Part shown: positions 29,358 through 38,032 of the stretch, piece after piece
How the letters are laid out: the number at the start of each line of letters is the position of its first letter
How positions within the stretch are numbered: the first letter of the stretch is position 1
From: an uncultured Clostridia bacterium
Lineage (GTDB): Bacteria; Bacillota; Clostridia; Lachnospirales; Anaerotignaceae
Direction of reading: 5' to 3'
Assembly: GCA_937919015.1 (NCBI GenBank)
Contig: CALFPN010000014.1
Span: 1 to 46,174 of the forward strand
DNA length: 46,174 nt
Made by a program: the position numbers and the translations under genes
Notes under the pieces: model-generated
What the model was told of the DNA's origin: nothing
Databases searched by the model: none
The model's input: only the letters and a program-made list of their open reading frames with translations

Positions 29358-30096
29358 ATTTCTCATAATCAATGCCCTGCTCCTGCAGGAATTTCAGGTC
29401 TTTTTTTGTCAGTTCCGCCGTTTTCAAGAGATCCGGACGTTTTTTTGCCGTACGCAGCAACGCCTGTTCTCTACGCCATTTTGCCACATTTCCGTGATGG
29501 CCGCTCAAAAGCACCTCCGGCACTTCTCTGCCCATAAATACAGGGGGGCGGGTATACTGAGGATATTCCAGAAGACCATCGGAAAAGCTTTCATCCTCGA
29601 AGGATTCCTCTTTGCCCAATACACCTGGCACCAGACGGGACACCGCATCGATGATGGTGATGGCCGCCAGCTCGCCGCCGGTCAGAACAAAGTCACCCAG
29701 AGAGATTTCGTCTGTTACGATCTCTTCGATCAGTCGTTCGTCGATCCCTTCATAGTGGCCGCAAAGGAACACCAGATTCTCCTCCTGCGCCAGTTCTTCC
29801 GCAATACGCTGGGTAAAGGGTCTGCCCTGTGGGGTCATAAAGACTACCCTTGCTCCTTCCGCTCTGGGCATCAGGCTCTGGTAGGCGTCATAAATCGGCT
29901 GTCCCTGCATGACTAAGCCTGCGCCGCCGCCATAGGGATAATCGTCCACATGTTTATGTTTATTCAAGGTAAAATCACGGATATTGACTGCTTCCACAGA
30001 GATATGCCCTTCCTTCTGGGCTCTGCCCATGATGCTGTGGGAAAGGGTCTGTTCGATCATTTCGGGAAATAATGTCAATACAAAAAACTGTTTCAT
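29356..30096 (-). CDS. trmD: tRNA (guanine37-N1)-methyltransferase
   Basis: [47 protein letters not shown]. Confidence 0.97.
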   Translation of the reverse strand: MKQFFVLTLFPEMIEQTLSHSIMGRAQKEGHISVEAVNIRDFTLNKHKHVDDYPYGGGAGLVMQGQPIYDAYQSLMPRAEGARVVFMTPQGRPFTQRIAEELAQEENLVFLCGHYEGIDERLIEEIVTDEISLGDFVLTGGELAAITIIDAVSRLVPGVLGKEESFEDESFSDGLLEYPQYTRPPVFMGREVPEVLLSGHHGNVAKWRREQALLRTAKKRPDLLKTAELTKKDLKFLQEQGIDYEK

Positions 30097-30606
30097 TTAT
30101 CTCAGTCCTTCCAGCAGATGTACCGTCATTGTGTTTTCTTTGATATCTACTTTCAGGATGCAGTCCTTGATGGCAGGGATCAGCAGTTCTTTTTTATCTT
30201 CTGCTTTTTTCACTGCATAAACATCATTTGCGCCTGTTTCATAAATGCGAACCAGTTCACCCAGATCTTCCCCTTCGTCTGTTACAACCTTCATACCATA
30301 CAGGTCTCTTGTGTAGTATTCATCCTCTTCCAGAGGGATCGCCACTGCATCGGGAATGAGGATTCTACCGTTTTTATACAGTTCTGCCACATTGATATCA
30401 TCAATTTCCTTCACTGTCAGCAAAATCATGTTTTTCTGATATGCTACTTTTTTGATGTGGAACACTTCCTGTTTATTACGCACTTCCACAATGATCTCTT
30501 TCAGTTTTTCAAAACGTGTAGGGTCCTGTGTGGTGGGGAATACGCGCATGGTGCCGCGGATGCCGTGGGTACCTGTGATTTTACCAATTTCAAAATAGTT
30601 TTCCAT
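30097..30606 (-). CDS. rimM: Ribosome maturation factor RimM
   Basis: IGKITGTHGIRG, ETGANDVY, LLIPAI; directly upstream of trmD; start ATG 30606 after GAGGT. Confidence 0.95.
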   Translation of the reverse strand: MENYFEIGKITGTHGIRGTMRVFPTTQDPTRFEKLKEIIVEVRNKQEVFHIKKVAYQKNMILLTVKEIDDINVAELYKNGRILIPDAVAIPLEEDEYYTRDLYGMKVVTDEGEDLGELVRIYETGANDVYAVKKAEDKKELLIPAIKDCILKVDIKENTMTVHLLEGLR

Positions 30607-30618
30607 ATTACACCTCAA

Positions 30619-30834
30619 TTATTTTTTCTTCCTCATTTTAAATGCTACCCTCGCTGCCAGCAACAGGAAAAGGATTGCCAGCAACATCATCAATCCTCCC
30701 ACAAAAGATGGAGATACCTGTGTACCAAAAGCTACGACAGCAATGCCCTGTGTTTTCATTGCCAGAACCATTGCACAGGAAAACATACAGACAAGGCTCA
30801 TGATGATACACATAAAGATAAATCCTTTTTTCAT
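30619..30834 (-). CDS. Small two-helix membrane protein, hypothetical
   Basis: 71 aa, AAGGAG RBS, two hydrophobic segments, basic C-terminus. Confidence 0.65.
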   Translation of the reverse strand: MKKGFIFMCIIMSLVCMFSCAMVLAMKTQGIAVVAFGTQVSPSFVGGLMMLLAILFLLLAARVAFKMRKKK

Positions 30835-30904
30835 TCTGTCTCTCCTTTATTTCAAAAACAAAACTGTTTGTATTTTCAAAGTCAGATTTCAATATTTTTC
30901 AGAT

Positions 30905-30935
30905 AAAAAAGGCGGCAGGACAACTCCCACCGCCT
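30905..30935 (-). terminator. Terminator after khpA
   Basis: AGGCGG...CCGCCT stem followed by a T run on the minus strand. Confidence 0.65.
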
Positions 30936-30952
30936 ATATCGTAGCCTCTTGC

Positions 30953-31183
30953 TTACTGCACGATTTCTACGATGATTTTCTTGTCTTCATGGATACCAGC
31001 AGCCTTCACAACAGTTCTGATCGCTTTCGCGATTCTGCCCTGCTTGCCGATCACTTTACCCATATCCTCAGGAGCAACCTTCAGTTCCAGAACCAAAGCG
31101 CGTTCGTTGTTTGTTTCTGTCACAACTACCTGCTCGGGATGTTCTACAAGTCTTTTTGCAATAACTTCCAAAAGTTCTTTCAT
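30953..31183 (-). CDS. khpA: KH-domain RNA-binding protein KhpA (YlqC)
   Basis: DMGKVIGKQGRIAKAIRTVV; canonical position after rpsP. Confidence 0.93.
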   Translation of the reverse strand: MKELLEVIAKRLVEHPEQVVVTETNNERALVLELKVAPEDMGKVIGKQGRIAKAIRTVVKAAGIHEDKKIIVEIVQ

Positions 31184-31208
31184 AATCGAGGCCTCCGCTT
31201 ACTCGGAA

Positions 31209-31457
31209 TTATTCAGCGATTACGCCAGCTTTTTTCAGCAGAGCTTTTACTGTATCGGAAGGCTGTGCGCCGTTTGCCAGCCATTTGTTTGCTGCTTCTG
31301 CATCAACCTTCAGAACTACGGGTTCTTTTGTAGGGTCGTAGATACCGATTTCATCGATGGATTTACCATTTCTGGATGTTCTGGAATCTGCTACTACGAT
31401 TCTGTAAAAAGGTGCTTTTTTTGCGCCCAGTCTTTTCAGTCTGATTCTTACTGCCAT
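31209..31457 (-). CDS. rpsP: 30S ribosomal protein S16
   Basis: [26 protein letters not shown]...GAQPSDTV. Confidence 0.98.
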   Translation of the reverse strand: MAVRIRLKRLGAKKAPFYRIVVADSRTSRNGKSIDEIGIYDPTKEPVVLKVDAEAANKWLANGAQPSDTVKALLKKAGVIAE

Positions 31458-31544
31458 GATTTTGTCCTCCTAAAATGTTTAAAAATTGTTTATTGGTTAC
31501 TTGTTTGATTTATCTAATGATTCCTTACGGAATAAAATCCATTT

Positions 31545-32891
31545 TTAGCGGAAGAAGGGCATTTTGCCTTTCTTGCCTTTTGTCATGTTGTTCATCTGCT
31601 TCATCATTTTCTTCATTTCTTCGAACTGTTTCAGCAGACGGTTTACATCCGCAATACTGCGGCCGCAGCCGGCAGCAATACGTTTCTTTCTGGGGCCGTT
31701 CAAAATGGAAGGATTTGCTCTTTCCTCCTTCGTCATGGACTGGATGATGGCTTCTGTTCTTGCCATTTCCTTCTGGGGATCTACGCCGTTCAGCGCATCC
31801 ATGTCCAATTTACCCAGACCGGGGATACCGGGCAGCATACCAAGCAGGTCTTTCAAAGGGCCCATTTTTTTGATCTGCTGCATCTGGGAAAGAAAATCCT
31901 CCAGAGTGAAATCGTTGGCACGCATTTTCCTTGCCATTTCGATAGCTTCCTGTTCATCGATATTGGACTGAACCTTATCGATCAGGGAGAGCACATCGCC
32001 CATGCCAAGAATTCTGGATGCCATTCGGTCGGGATAGAATGGCTCAAGGTCTTCCATCTTTTCGCCCATACCGATATATTTGATGGGTTTGTTTGTTACG
32101 CTTCTGACGGAGAGAGCGGCACCGCCTCGTGCGTCACCATCCAGCTTTGTCAGAATAATACCATCCACACCCAACTGACCGTCAAAGCTTTCCGCAACGG
32201 TTACGGCGTCCTGACCGGTCATGGCGTCTACAACCAGCAGGATTTCCTGAGGTTTGACTGCTGTTTTGATATCCTGCAGTTCCTGCATCAGTTCTTCGTT
32301 GATATGCAGTCGGCCTGCGGTATCGATCAGGATCACGTCATGATGTTTTTCAGCAGCATATTCCAGTGCTTTTTTGGAAATTTCCACAGGGCTGATTTTT
32401 GTACCCATTTCGAATACGGGAATGTTGTAGTTCTTCCCGACCACCTGCAGCTGCTTGATGGCAGCAGGTCTGTAAACGTCACAGGCAACCAAGAGGGGAT
32501 TTCTGCCCTGTTTGCGGAGCTGGCCTGCCAGTTTGCCGCTGGTCGTTGTTTTACCGGCACCCTGCAGCCCTACCATCATGAAGACAGTGGGTGGTTTTCT
32601 GGAAAATGTCAGCTGTGCCTGTGCAGAACCCATCAGGGCAATCAACTCTTCGTTTACGATCTTGATCACCTGCTGACCGGGATTCAGACCCTGCAGCACT
32701 TCCGTACCTACAGCACGTTCTGTTACTTTTTTGATAAAGTCTTTTACGATTTTGAAGTTAACATCGGCCTCCAGAAGTGCGATCTTTACTTCACGCATGG
32801 CAGCCTTTACGTCTGCTTCTGTTAAGACGCCTTTGCTTTTCAGCTGCTTGAATACTTCCTGCAGCTTATTGGAAAGATTTTCAAATGCCAT
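31545..32891 (-). CDS. ffh: Signal recognition particle protein Ffh
   Basis: ALLEADV, GLQGAGKTT, DTAGR, TKLDGDARGG, Met-rich M domain. Confidence 0.98.
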   Translation of the reverse strand: MAFENLSNKLQEVFKQLKSKGVLTEADVKAAMREVKIALLEADVNFKIVKDFIKKVTERAVGTEVLQGLNPGQQVIKIVNEELIALMGSAQAQLTFSRKPPTVFMMVGLQGAGKTTTSGKLAGQLRKQGRNPLLVACDVYRPAAIKQLQVVGKNYNIPVFEMGTKISPVEISKKALEYAAEKHHDVILIDTAGRLHINEELMQELQDIKTAVKPQEILLVVDAMTGQDAVTVAESFDGQLGVDGIILTKLDGDARGGAALSVRSVTNKPIKYIGMGEKMEDLEPFYPDRMASRILGMGDVLSLIDKVQSNIDEQEAIEMARKMRANDFTLEDFLSQMQQIKKMGPLKDLLGMLPGIPGLGKLDMDALNGVDPQKEMARTEAIIQSMTKEERANPSILNGPRKKRIAAGCGRSIADVNRLLKQFEEMKKMMKQMNNMTKGKKGKMPFFR

Positions 32892-32907
32892 GGATCGCTA
32901 CCTCCTT

Positions 32908-33258
32908 TCAGGACAAGATGTCGTCAGCGATCTTTTTCATTTTGGAGAGTGCTTTCACCACAGCGGCATCGGGATTTTTCTTTTCCATGCTCTCCATGAT
33001 GTGCTTCATTTCCTGTACGGCTTTTTTCTGGGCCTGAAAACGGGAAACCAGCTGCAATTTCTCCTCGTAGTCCTGCAGGATCTTTTCCGTTCTTTTGAGC
33101 TGATCGCGGACAGCCTGTCGGCTGATGGACAATTCCTCACCGATCTCAGAAAGAGAAAGGTCATTCTGATAATGCAATTCGTAGACCTGCTTCTGTTTTT
33201 CTGTCAGCAATTCGCCGTAAAAATCATAGAGCAAAGTCAGCTGCAAAATATCGTCCAT
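32908..33258 (-). CDS. ylxM: YlxM (UPF0122) HTH protein
   Basis: LLYDFYGELLTEKQ...DLSLSEI.....ISRQAV.D; upstream of ffh. Confidence 0.93.
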   Translation of the reverse strand: MDDILQLTLLYDFYGELLTEKQKQVYELHYQNDLSLSEIGEELSISRQAVRDQLKRTEKILQDYEEKLQLVSRFQAQKKAVQEMKHIMESMEKKNPDAAVVKALSKMKKIADDILS

Positions 33259-33273
33259 TTTTCTCCTGCCTCC

Positions 33274-33352
33274 TGTAAAGGATAACTACTTTACAATCAC
33301 CTTGAATAATATAACATTGGTATGTACTTTTGTCAAGCATTTTTCCTTTACA
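33274..33352 (-). promoter_or_regulatory. ylxM-ffh promoter with two palindromic operator-like sites
   Basis: TTGACA-17 nt-TATATT (33336-33308); TGTAAAG-N8-CTTTACA at 33274-33295 and TGTCAAG-N8-CTTTACA at 33331-33352. Confidence 0.7.
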
Positions 33353-33399
33353 AGCAGAACTTTTTTCTTACTCGTGTTTTTCCGATAAAATCAATGGTT

Positions 33400-33993
33400 T
33401 TAACGAGGTATGTCCTCGTATAGTGTACACTTTTCTTTCATTTTGTCGATGTTTTCAAAGACCTCAAAGGAGATGTCCTGATATATTTTTTCAGATAATT
33501 TCTCCTTCGGTGCATGGAAGCCGAACAGCATTCCAAAATCAGCGATCTCTTCTGGCGTTTCATTGTTCTCGATCGTTTTCCCTGTGATTTTTTCTTTCCA
33601 GTTCGGTTCAAAAATCATCATCTGCACAAAAGTCTGGAAATTTTGTGCCAAATACCAGCATTCCAGTTGATCGGAAACAAAATACACTTCCGTTCCTTCT
33701 TCCTTTTCTGCAAAAGCGAAATACCCATTTTCTCCATCATGGGCAAACAAAGTCAGGTAAGGCGCTGGGAAAAAATCCACTTTCGGGATCAGTCCTTCGA
33801 AAAACAAACGCAGCCCTCGTTTTCTCTGCAAAGAAGTAAAACCATTTTCCTCGCAGGTCATCACATAGGTCTCAAATCGTTTCCCGACCCAGACACATTC
33901 TATCTCCTCGCCATCCTCAGCCATAAAAACGCCTAATGTACCCTTAAATGCAGGGGATTCGACATTAAAATAAGCCTTCTTTTTCATATTCAT
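33400..33993 (-). CDS. Hypothetical protein, possible SMI1/KNR4 (SUKH)-like domain
   Basis: 197 aa; LFAHDGENGYF...VYFVSD...LAQNFQTFV resembles the SUKH C-terminal pattern; overlaps the upstream stop (ATGA). Confidence 0.6.
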   Translation of the reverse strand: MNMKKKAYFNVESPAFKGTLGVFMAEDGEEIECVWVGKRFETYVMTCEENGFTSLQRKRGLRLFFEGLIPKVDFFPAPYLTLFAHDGENGYFAFAEKEEGTEVYFVSDQLECWYLAQNFQTFVQMMIFEPNWKEKITGKTIENNETPEEIADFGMLFGFHAPKEKLSEKIYQDISFEVFENIDKMKEKCTLYEDIPR

Positions 33994-34592
33994 TCCCCTT
34001 TTTTACAGACAGGATAATTGAAGCAATCATACGTCAGTTTCTTTTCAGATACCCAAACGGCACTGTAATGGCCTTGTTTGGAATTAAAATTCCAGAAGCC
34101 TTTGGGGCCTGCGCCTGTTAAATGACAATGCATGGCACTCAATGCACCATTATGGGACACTACCAGCACATGTTTCCCCTTGTTTTCCTTGATGATCTGA
34201 TCCAGACCTTTTGTAACTCTGTCATAAAAGCCCAGAAAGGTTTCCCCTTCGGGGATTTCCAGATTCGTCCAGTCATATCTCCATTTTTTCAGCAGCTCAT
34301 GGTCAGATTCCGTCATGCTTTCCCATGTGCGGTTTTCCCAGATGCCATAGGCCATTTCTCTCAGGTCTGGCACGATTTCCACAGGTCTGCCGTCTGCAAT
34401 GATCTGTGCTGTATGCAAGGCCCGCTTCAGATCGCTGGAGTAAATTTTATCAATATGTATTTCTCTGAATGCGTCCCGCAGTTCTTCTGCCTGCGCAACG
34501 CCCTTTGCATTGATATCTGCATCATACCAACCATAAAACATATTTTTGGCATTCATGTCTGTTTCGCCATGGCGTACAAAATAAAGCTTCAC
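33990..34592 (-). CDS. Histidine phosphatase family protein (CobC/PGM-like)
   Basis: RHGET, SSDLKRA..TA, LRE..YG.WE, VVSH; GTG start after AGGAGG. Confidence 0.9.
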   Translation of the reverse strand: MKLYFVRHGETDMNAKNMFYGWYDADINAKGVAQAEELRDAFREIHIDKIYSSDLKRALHTAQIIADGRPVEIVPDLREMAYGIWENRTWESMTESDHELLKKWRYDWTNLEIPEGETFLGFYDRVTKGLDQIIKENKGKHVLVVSHNGALSAMHCHLTGAGPKGFWNFNSKQGHYSAVWVSEKKLTYDCFNYPVCKKGE

Positions 34593-34637
34593 CGATATGC
34601 ACCTCCTGAATTTATATTATATCATCTCTTTTAACAT

Positions 34638-34678
34638 AAAAAAACGGATATTCCGATTTTTCGGAACACCCGTTTTTT
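34638..34678 (-). terminator. Terminator after the DUF1540-like gene
   Basis: AAAAAACGG..TTCCGA-TTTT-TCGGAA..CCGTTTTTT. Confidence 0.75.
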
Positions 34679-34689
34679 CTCATCTGTCC

Positions 34690-34851
34690 TTATTTCACTG
34701 CAAAGGACATGCAGTCTGTACACTGGTCTTTTGTAGGGTTCATTTCATGTGTGCCTACCTGAATGGAATCCAGTGTGCAGTAATTTTTTGTGCCGTGGTG
34801 GTGTCTGCACTGTTCCACTGTACATTTGATACATTCATTACATTTTTCCAT
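34690..34851 (-). CDS. DUF1540-like small Cys-rich protein (absent from the ORF track)
   Basis: Manually translated: MEKCNECIKCTVEQCRHHHGTKNYCTLDSIQVGTHEMNPTKDQCTDCMSFAVK (53 aa); GAGGAGG RBS; I.C.V..C.H.....C.L..I.V....TDC.SF pattern. Confidence 0.85.
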   Translation of the reverse strand: MEKCNECIKCTVEQCRHHHGTKNYCTLDSIQVGTHEMNPTKDQCTDCMSFAVK

Positions 34852-34974
34852 GTTCGTTTCCCTCCTCAAATTTGGTACAGGGATAGTATGTGCAGATTTT
34901 CAGAAATCATAACGGCATATTTTTCTTTTTTCAAATTTTATGATACACTGATACCGAAAGGAGGGGAACCCCCT

Positions 34975-35196
34975 ATGGCAGAAAAGAAAACAACAGCAAA
35001 AAAGACTACTGTAAAGAAACCCACCAGCATAACAAAAAAGCTTTCCGTCACACTGGATAAGGAAACCTATGCCCTGCTGGAAGAATATATCGCCGAATTC
35101 GGCTTCAGCAAAGACGAATTCGTCAAAAAAGCCATCATGGAAAAGATCAGCCGTGATAAGATCAGCAGCATGATTGACGATATGATCAAATTATAA
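34975..35196 (+). CDS. Small ribbon-helix-helix/CopG-like protein
   Basis: Start ATG 34975 after AAGGAGG; KLSVTLDKETYALLEEY...SKDEFVKKAI beta-alpha-alpha pattern with a Lys/Thr-rich N-terminus. Confidence 0.7.
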   Translation: MAEKKTTAKKTTVKKPTSITKKLSVTLDKETYALLEEYIAEFGFSKDEFVKKAIMEKISRDKISSMIDDMIKL

Positions 35197-35203
35197 GTAA
35201 TAG

Positions 35204-35229
35204 AAAAAGCCCTCTTCTGAGGGCTTTTT
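35204..35229. terminator. Bidirectional terminator
   Basis: AAAAAGCCCTC-TTCT-GAGGGCTTTTT. Confidence 0.85.
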
Positions 35230-35230
35230 G

Positions 35231-35533
35231 TTATGCTTCTTCAAATTCAAATAAATCTGCATTCTGTTCTTTGAACAGGTCGAACACTGCATCCACAATC
35301 GCTTCCTCTTCCACGATCACACAGAATTCCGCTTCTTCTTCATTATATTCAATCTGCATCACCAGAACATAGCCGTCATCAGCATCATCCAGAGGCAGCA
35401 TCACCGCATACTCATTGTCTTCATACTCTACCGTATCCAGACATTCGAACACATACTCCGTGCCGTCTTCTTCATCGGTCAGATAAACCACAGTATCCAT
35501 CGTTTCCAGTTCGTTGTATTTTTCTTCACTCAT
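35231..35533 (-). CDS. DUF1292 family acidic protein
   Basis: V.LTDEE.G.E..FE.LD.VEYE..EYAVM.P...VFD.F. Confidence 0.85.
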   Translation of the reverse strand: MSEEKYNELETMDTVVYLTDEEDGTEYVFECLDTVEYEDNEYAVMLPLDDADDGYVLVMQIEYNEEEAEFCVIVEEEAIVDAVFDLFKEQNADLFEFEEA

Positions 35534-35545
35534 ACGCTGCGCTCC

Positions 35546-36109
35546 TTATGCGTTTCTGTCATCTGCCTGCATGCCTTTCAGTGTATATTCCATCAGCTTG
35601 TCCATATCCCAGCCAAGGCGTTCTGCGCCTGTTCTGATGATATCACGATTACAGCCCGCTGCAAAGGCTTTATCCTTAAATTTTTTCTTTACGGATTTCA
35701 ATTCCATATCTTTTACGCTTTTGGAAGGACGCATCAAAGCTGCCGCACCAATCAGACCCGTCAGTTCATCTACAGCAAACAGTACTTTTTCCATTTCATG
35801 GATAGGCTCTACATCACAGCAGATCCCATAAGCGTGGCTGGCAATGGCATGAATCATTTTTTCATCGATGTCTCTTTCCTTCAGCAGTTCTTGCACCTTC
35901 ACGCAATGTTCTTCCGGCCACAATTCATAATCCAGATCATGCAGAAGGCCCACATTGCCCCAGAAATCCACTTCATCGCCATAGCCCAGTTCCTGTGCCA
36001 GATAGCGCATCACGCCTTCTACCGTTTCGCCATGGCGCAGGTGAAACGGCTCTTTGTTATATTCTTTCAGCAGTTCCCATGCTTCTTCTCTTGTCAGTGT
36101 TCTTGCCAT
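35546..36109 (-). CDS. HDIG/HD-domain hydrolase
   Basis: TREEAWELL, H...VEGVM, GLLHDLDYE, FAVDELTGLI, KKKFKDKAFAAG. Confidence 0.88.
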   Translation of the reverse strand: MARTLTREEAWELLKEYNKEPFHLRHGETVEGVMRYLAQELGYGDEVDFWGNVGLLHDLDYELWPEEHCVKVQELLKERDIDEKMIHAIASHAYGICCDVEPIHEMEKVLFAVDELTGLIGAAALMRPSKSVKDMELKSVKKKFKDKAFAAGCNRDIIRTGAERLGWDMDKLMEYTLKGMQADDRNA

Positions 36110-36146
36110 AGGGCATCCCTTCTTTCTATCGTATCTTTATTTGTAC

Positions 36147-36175
36147 ATTATAACGAACTTTTGTATCTCCCGCAA
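36147..36175 (-). promoter_or_regulatory. SigA-type promoter of the HD/DUF1292 genes
   Basis: TTGCGG-17 nt-TATAAT. Confidence 0.55.
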
Positions 36176-36211
36176 CAGATTTTGACAGGTATACAGTATA
36201 GATACAAAGAC

Positions 36212-36240
36212 TTGCAATCTGCAACCGAAACCGTTACAAT
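36212..36240 (+). promoter_or_regulatory. SigA-type promoter of luxS
   Basis: TTGCAA-17 nt-TACAAT. Confidence 0.6.
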
Positions 36241-36285
36241 ATTGCTCAGATAACACAGTATCATTTTTTTGAAAGGATGAAAAAT

Positions 36286-36771
36286 ATGGACGTAACAAGC
36301 TTTGGCATTGATCATGATCGTCTGCTGCGGGGCATCTATGTTTCCAGAAAAGACACTGTTGGCAACGGCGTTCTGACAACCTTTGATATTCGTATGAAAG
36401 AACCCAACCGCGAAATGGTTATGGATACTTCCGTAATGCACACCATCGAACATCTGATGGCAGTTTATCTGCGTGAACATCCCGTATGGGCGGAAAAAAC
36501 CATCTATGTTGGCCCCATGGGCTGCCGTACCGGTATGTATGTGATCTTCAAAGGCGATCTGGAAAGCACAGACGTTTCTGAGATCATGAAAGAATGTTAT
36601 CAGTACATGGCTGACTTCGAAGGCGAAATTCCCGCGGCAAAATCCGAAATGTGCGGCAACTATCTGGACCACAATCTGGGTATTACAAAAATCGAATGTC
36701 AGAAATTCGTAGATGAAGTTCTGACTGATATTAAGGAAGAAAATATGGTTTATCCACTCCAGAATGGCTAA
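36286..36771 (+). CDS. luxS: S-ribosylhomocysteine lyase
   Basis: SF.IDH, TFDIR...PN, HTIEHL, GPMGCRTG, CGNY..H; start ATG 36286 spaced from GAAAGGA (36277 also possible). Confidence 0.96.
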   Translation: MDVTSFGIDHDRLLRGIYVSRKDTVGNGVLTTFDIRMKEPNREMVMDTSVMHTIEHLMAVYLREHPVWAEKTIYVGPMGCRTGMYVIFKGDLESTDVSEIMKECYQYMADFEGEIPAAKSEMCGNYLDHNLGITKIECQKFVDEVLTDIKEENMVYPLQNG

Positions 36772-36776
36772 AAGCT

Positions 36777-36875
36777 ATTCTGCGGGGAGGGCCCATGAGG
36801 ATACTTCTTTCAAAATAAAAAAGAGCCTACAGCGGTTCTTTTTTATTTTGAAAGAGAAAGAGGGTGCCGCAGAAT
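36777..36875. repeat. Nested inverted repeat / bidirectional terminator
   Basis: Perfect 19-bp IR 36806-36824 / 36837-36855, enclosed by ATTCTGCGG (36777-36785) / CCGCAGAAT (36867-36875). Confidence 0.75.
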
Positions 36876-36960
36876 GCAGCACCCCATGGTTTATATTCAC
36901 TTTTTATTGAATTCGGTTTATTCAATTTTAAAAGAGCTGTTCGAATACGTCCAGCAAGGA

Positions 36961-37500
36961 TCAGGAAGCGTAGCTTCTTCTGAACTTCTGCATCAGGCTT
37001 TCAGCGATCTGTGCATATTTGCGTTCCGCAAATTCGCAAACCGCGCAAGCTTTATCCACAAAAGTGATCACATAAGATTCGATATAGCGGGGAGGTACAG
37101 GAGTACAAGGCCACATATGCTTTTCAATCGCATCAATTTCTACTTTATTCAGCTCTGTGATTTTTCTTGCATTGTCCAAAGCAACACGAGGATGCCAGGA
37201 TGCATGACCGGAACGCAGATATTTCGTTACACGCCAATCATAGAAATATAAGTCGTGCAGTAAGCCTGCTCTAGCTGCGGAACGATAATCCCAACCGAAC
37301 ATACGGCAAATCAGAAAGCTGTAATAGGAAACATTTACACTATGCTGAAGTCTGCTTGTATTGCAATGCTGTGTGTGCAGGTCCAGTTTCATTACCTGCG
37401 CATGGTCCAGAATTCCTTCCAGACATGCTTTGTACTCTGCCAGCAGCTGATCTTCATCTAAGTTGCTGAAATCCTTGCGGGACCCAATAGCGCTGTGCAT
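36961..37500 (-). CDS. HD-domain phosphohydrolase
   Basis: QH..TSRLQHS..VSY.S, ARAGLLHDL..YDW, HP..AL.NA, I.KHMWP, DK; start probably ATG 37500 after AGAAAGGA (37524 possible). Confidence 0.85.
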   Translation of the reverse strand: MHSAIGSRKDFSNLDEDQLLAEYKACLEGILDHAQVMKLDLHTQHCNTSRLQHSVNVSYYSFLICRMFGWDYRSAARAGLLHDLYFYDWRVTKYLRSGHASWHPRVALDNARKITELNKVEIDAIEKHMWPCTPVPPRYIESYVITFVDKACAVCEFAERKYAQIAESLMQKFRRSYAS

Positions 37501-37669
37501 GGGTTCCACATCCTTTCTTTTCATATTCTGTTTATGGTGCTATTATAGCATAACTTCCCGGCATTGTACAGAAAAAAATACATCAATTTCCAATGAAATA
37601 TTTTCCAGTTTATTTGAGATTCAAACTATTTTCATCCTTTGCTCTGAACAGAATTTCAGTACGATTTGG

Positions 37670-38032
37670 TTATTTTTCCTTAGGATTGGAAACCAAAGCC
37701 GCAAGAAAGGCAAAAAACACTGCCGCCGTGATCCCTGCTGCCCCCGCCTTGATGCCTCCGGTAAAAATACCAAGAAAGCCTGCCTTGTCCACTTCTTTTA
37801 TCACACCTTCCGCCAGACGAAATCCAAAACCTGTCAACGGCACCGTTGCTCCCGCCCCGGCAAATTCCTCAATTTTTTTATAAATCCCCAATCCGCCTAA
37901 TATACATCCCAGACAGACGAACAGAACCAGAATTCGTCCGGACATCAATTTTGTTTTGTCAATCAAAATTTGACCAACCACACAGATCAGGCCACCCACT
38001 GCAAATGCTTTTAGAAGTTCCATCCACTCCAT
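37670..38032 (-). CDS. spoVAE: Stage V sporulation protein AE (AEB type)
   Basis: AF.VGGLICV.GQILIDKTKL, AGAGATVPLTGFG. Confidence 0.92.
   Translation of the reverse strand: MEWMELLKAFAVGGLICVVGQILIDKTKLMSGRILVLFVCLGCILGGLGIYKKIEEFAGAGATVPLTGFGFRLAEGVIKEVDKAGFLGIFTGGIKAGAAGITAAVFFAFLAALVSNPKEK

Noticed and set aside
33990..34592. Assigning the symbol cobC
   Set aside because: Histidine phosphatase motifs are generic and no cobalamin genes are adjacent
34597..34974. 199-aa ORF N-terminus
   Set aside because: Antisense to the DUF1540-like gene and its terminator; the real start is 34975
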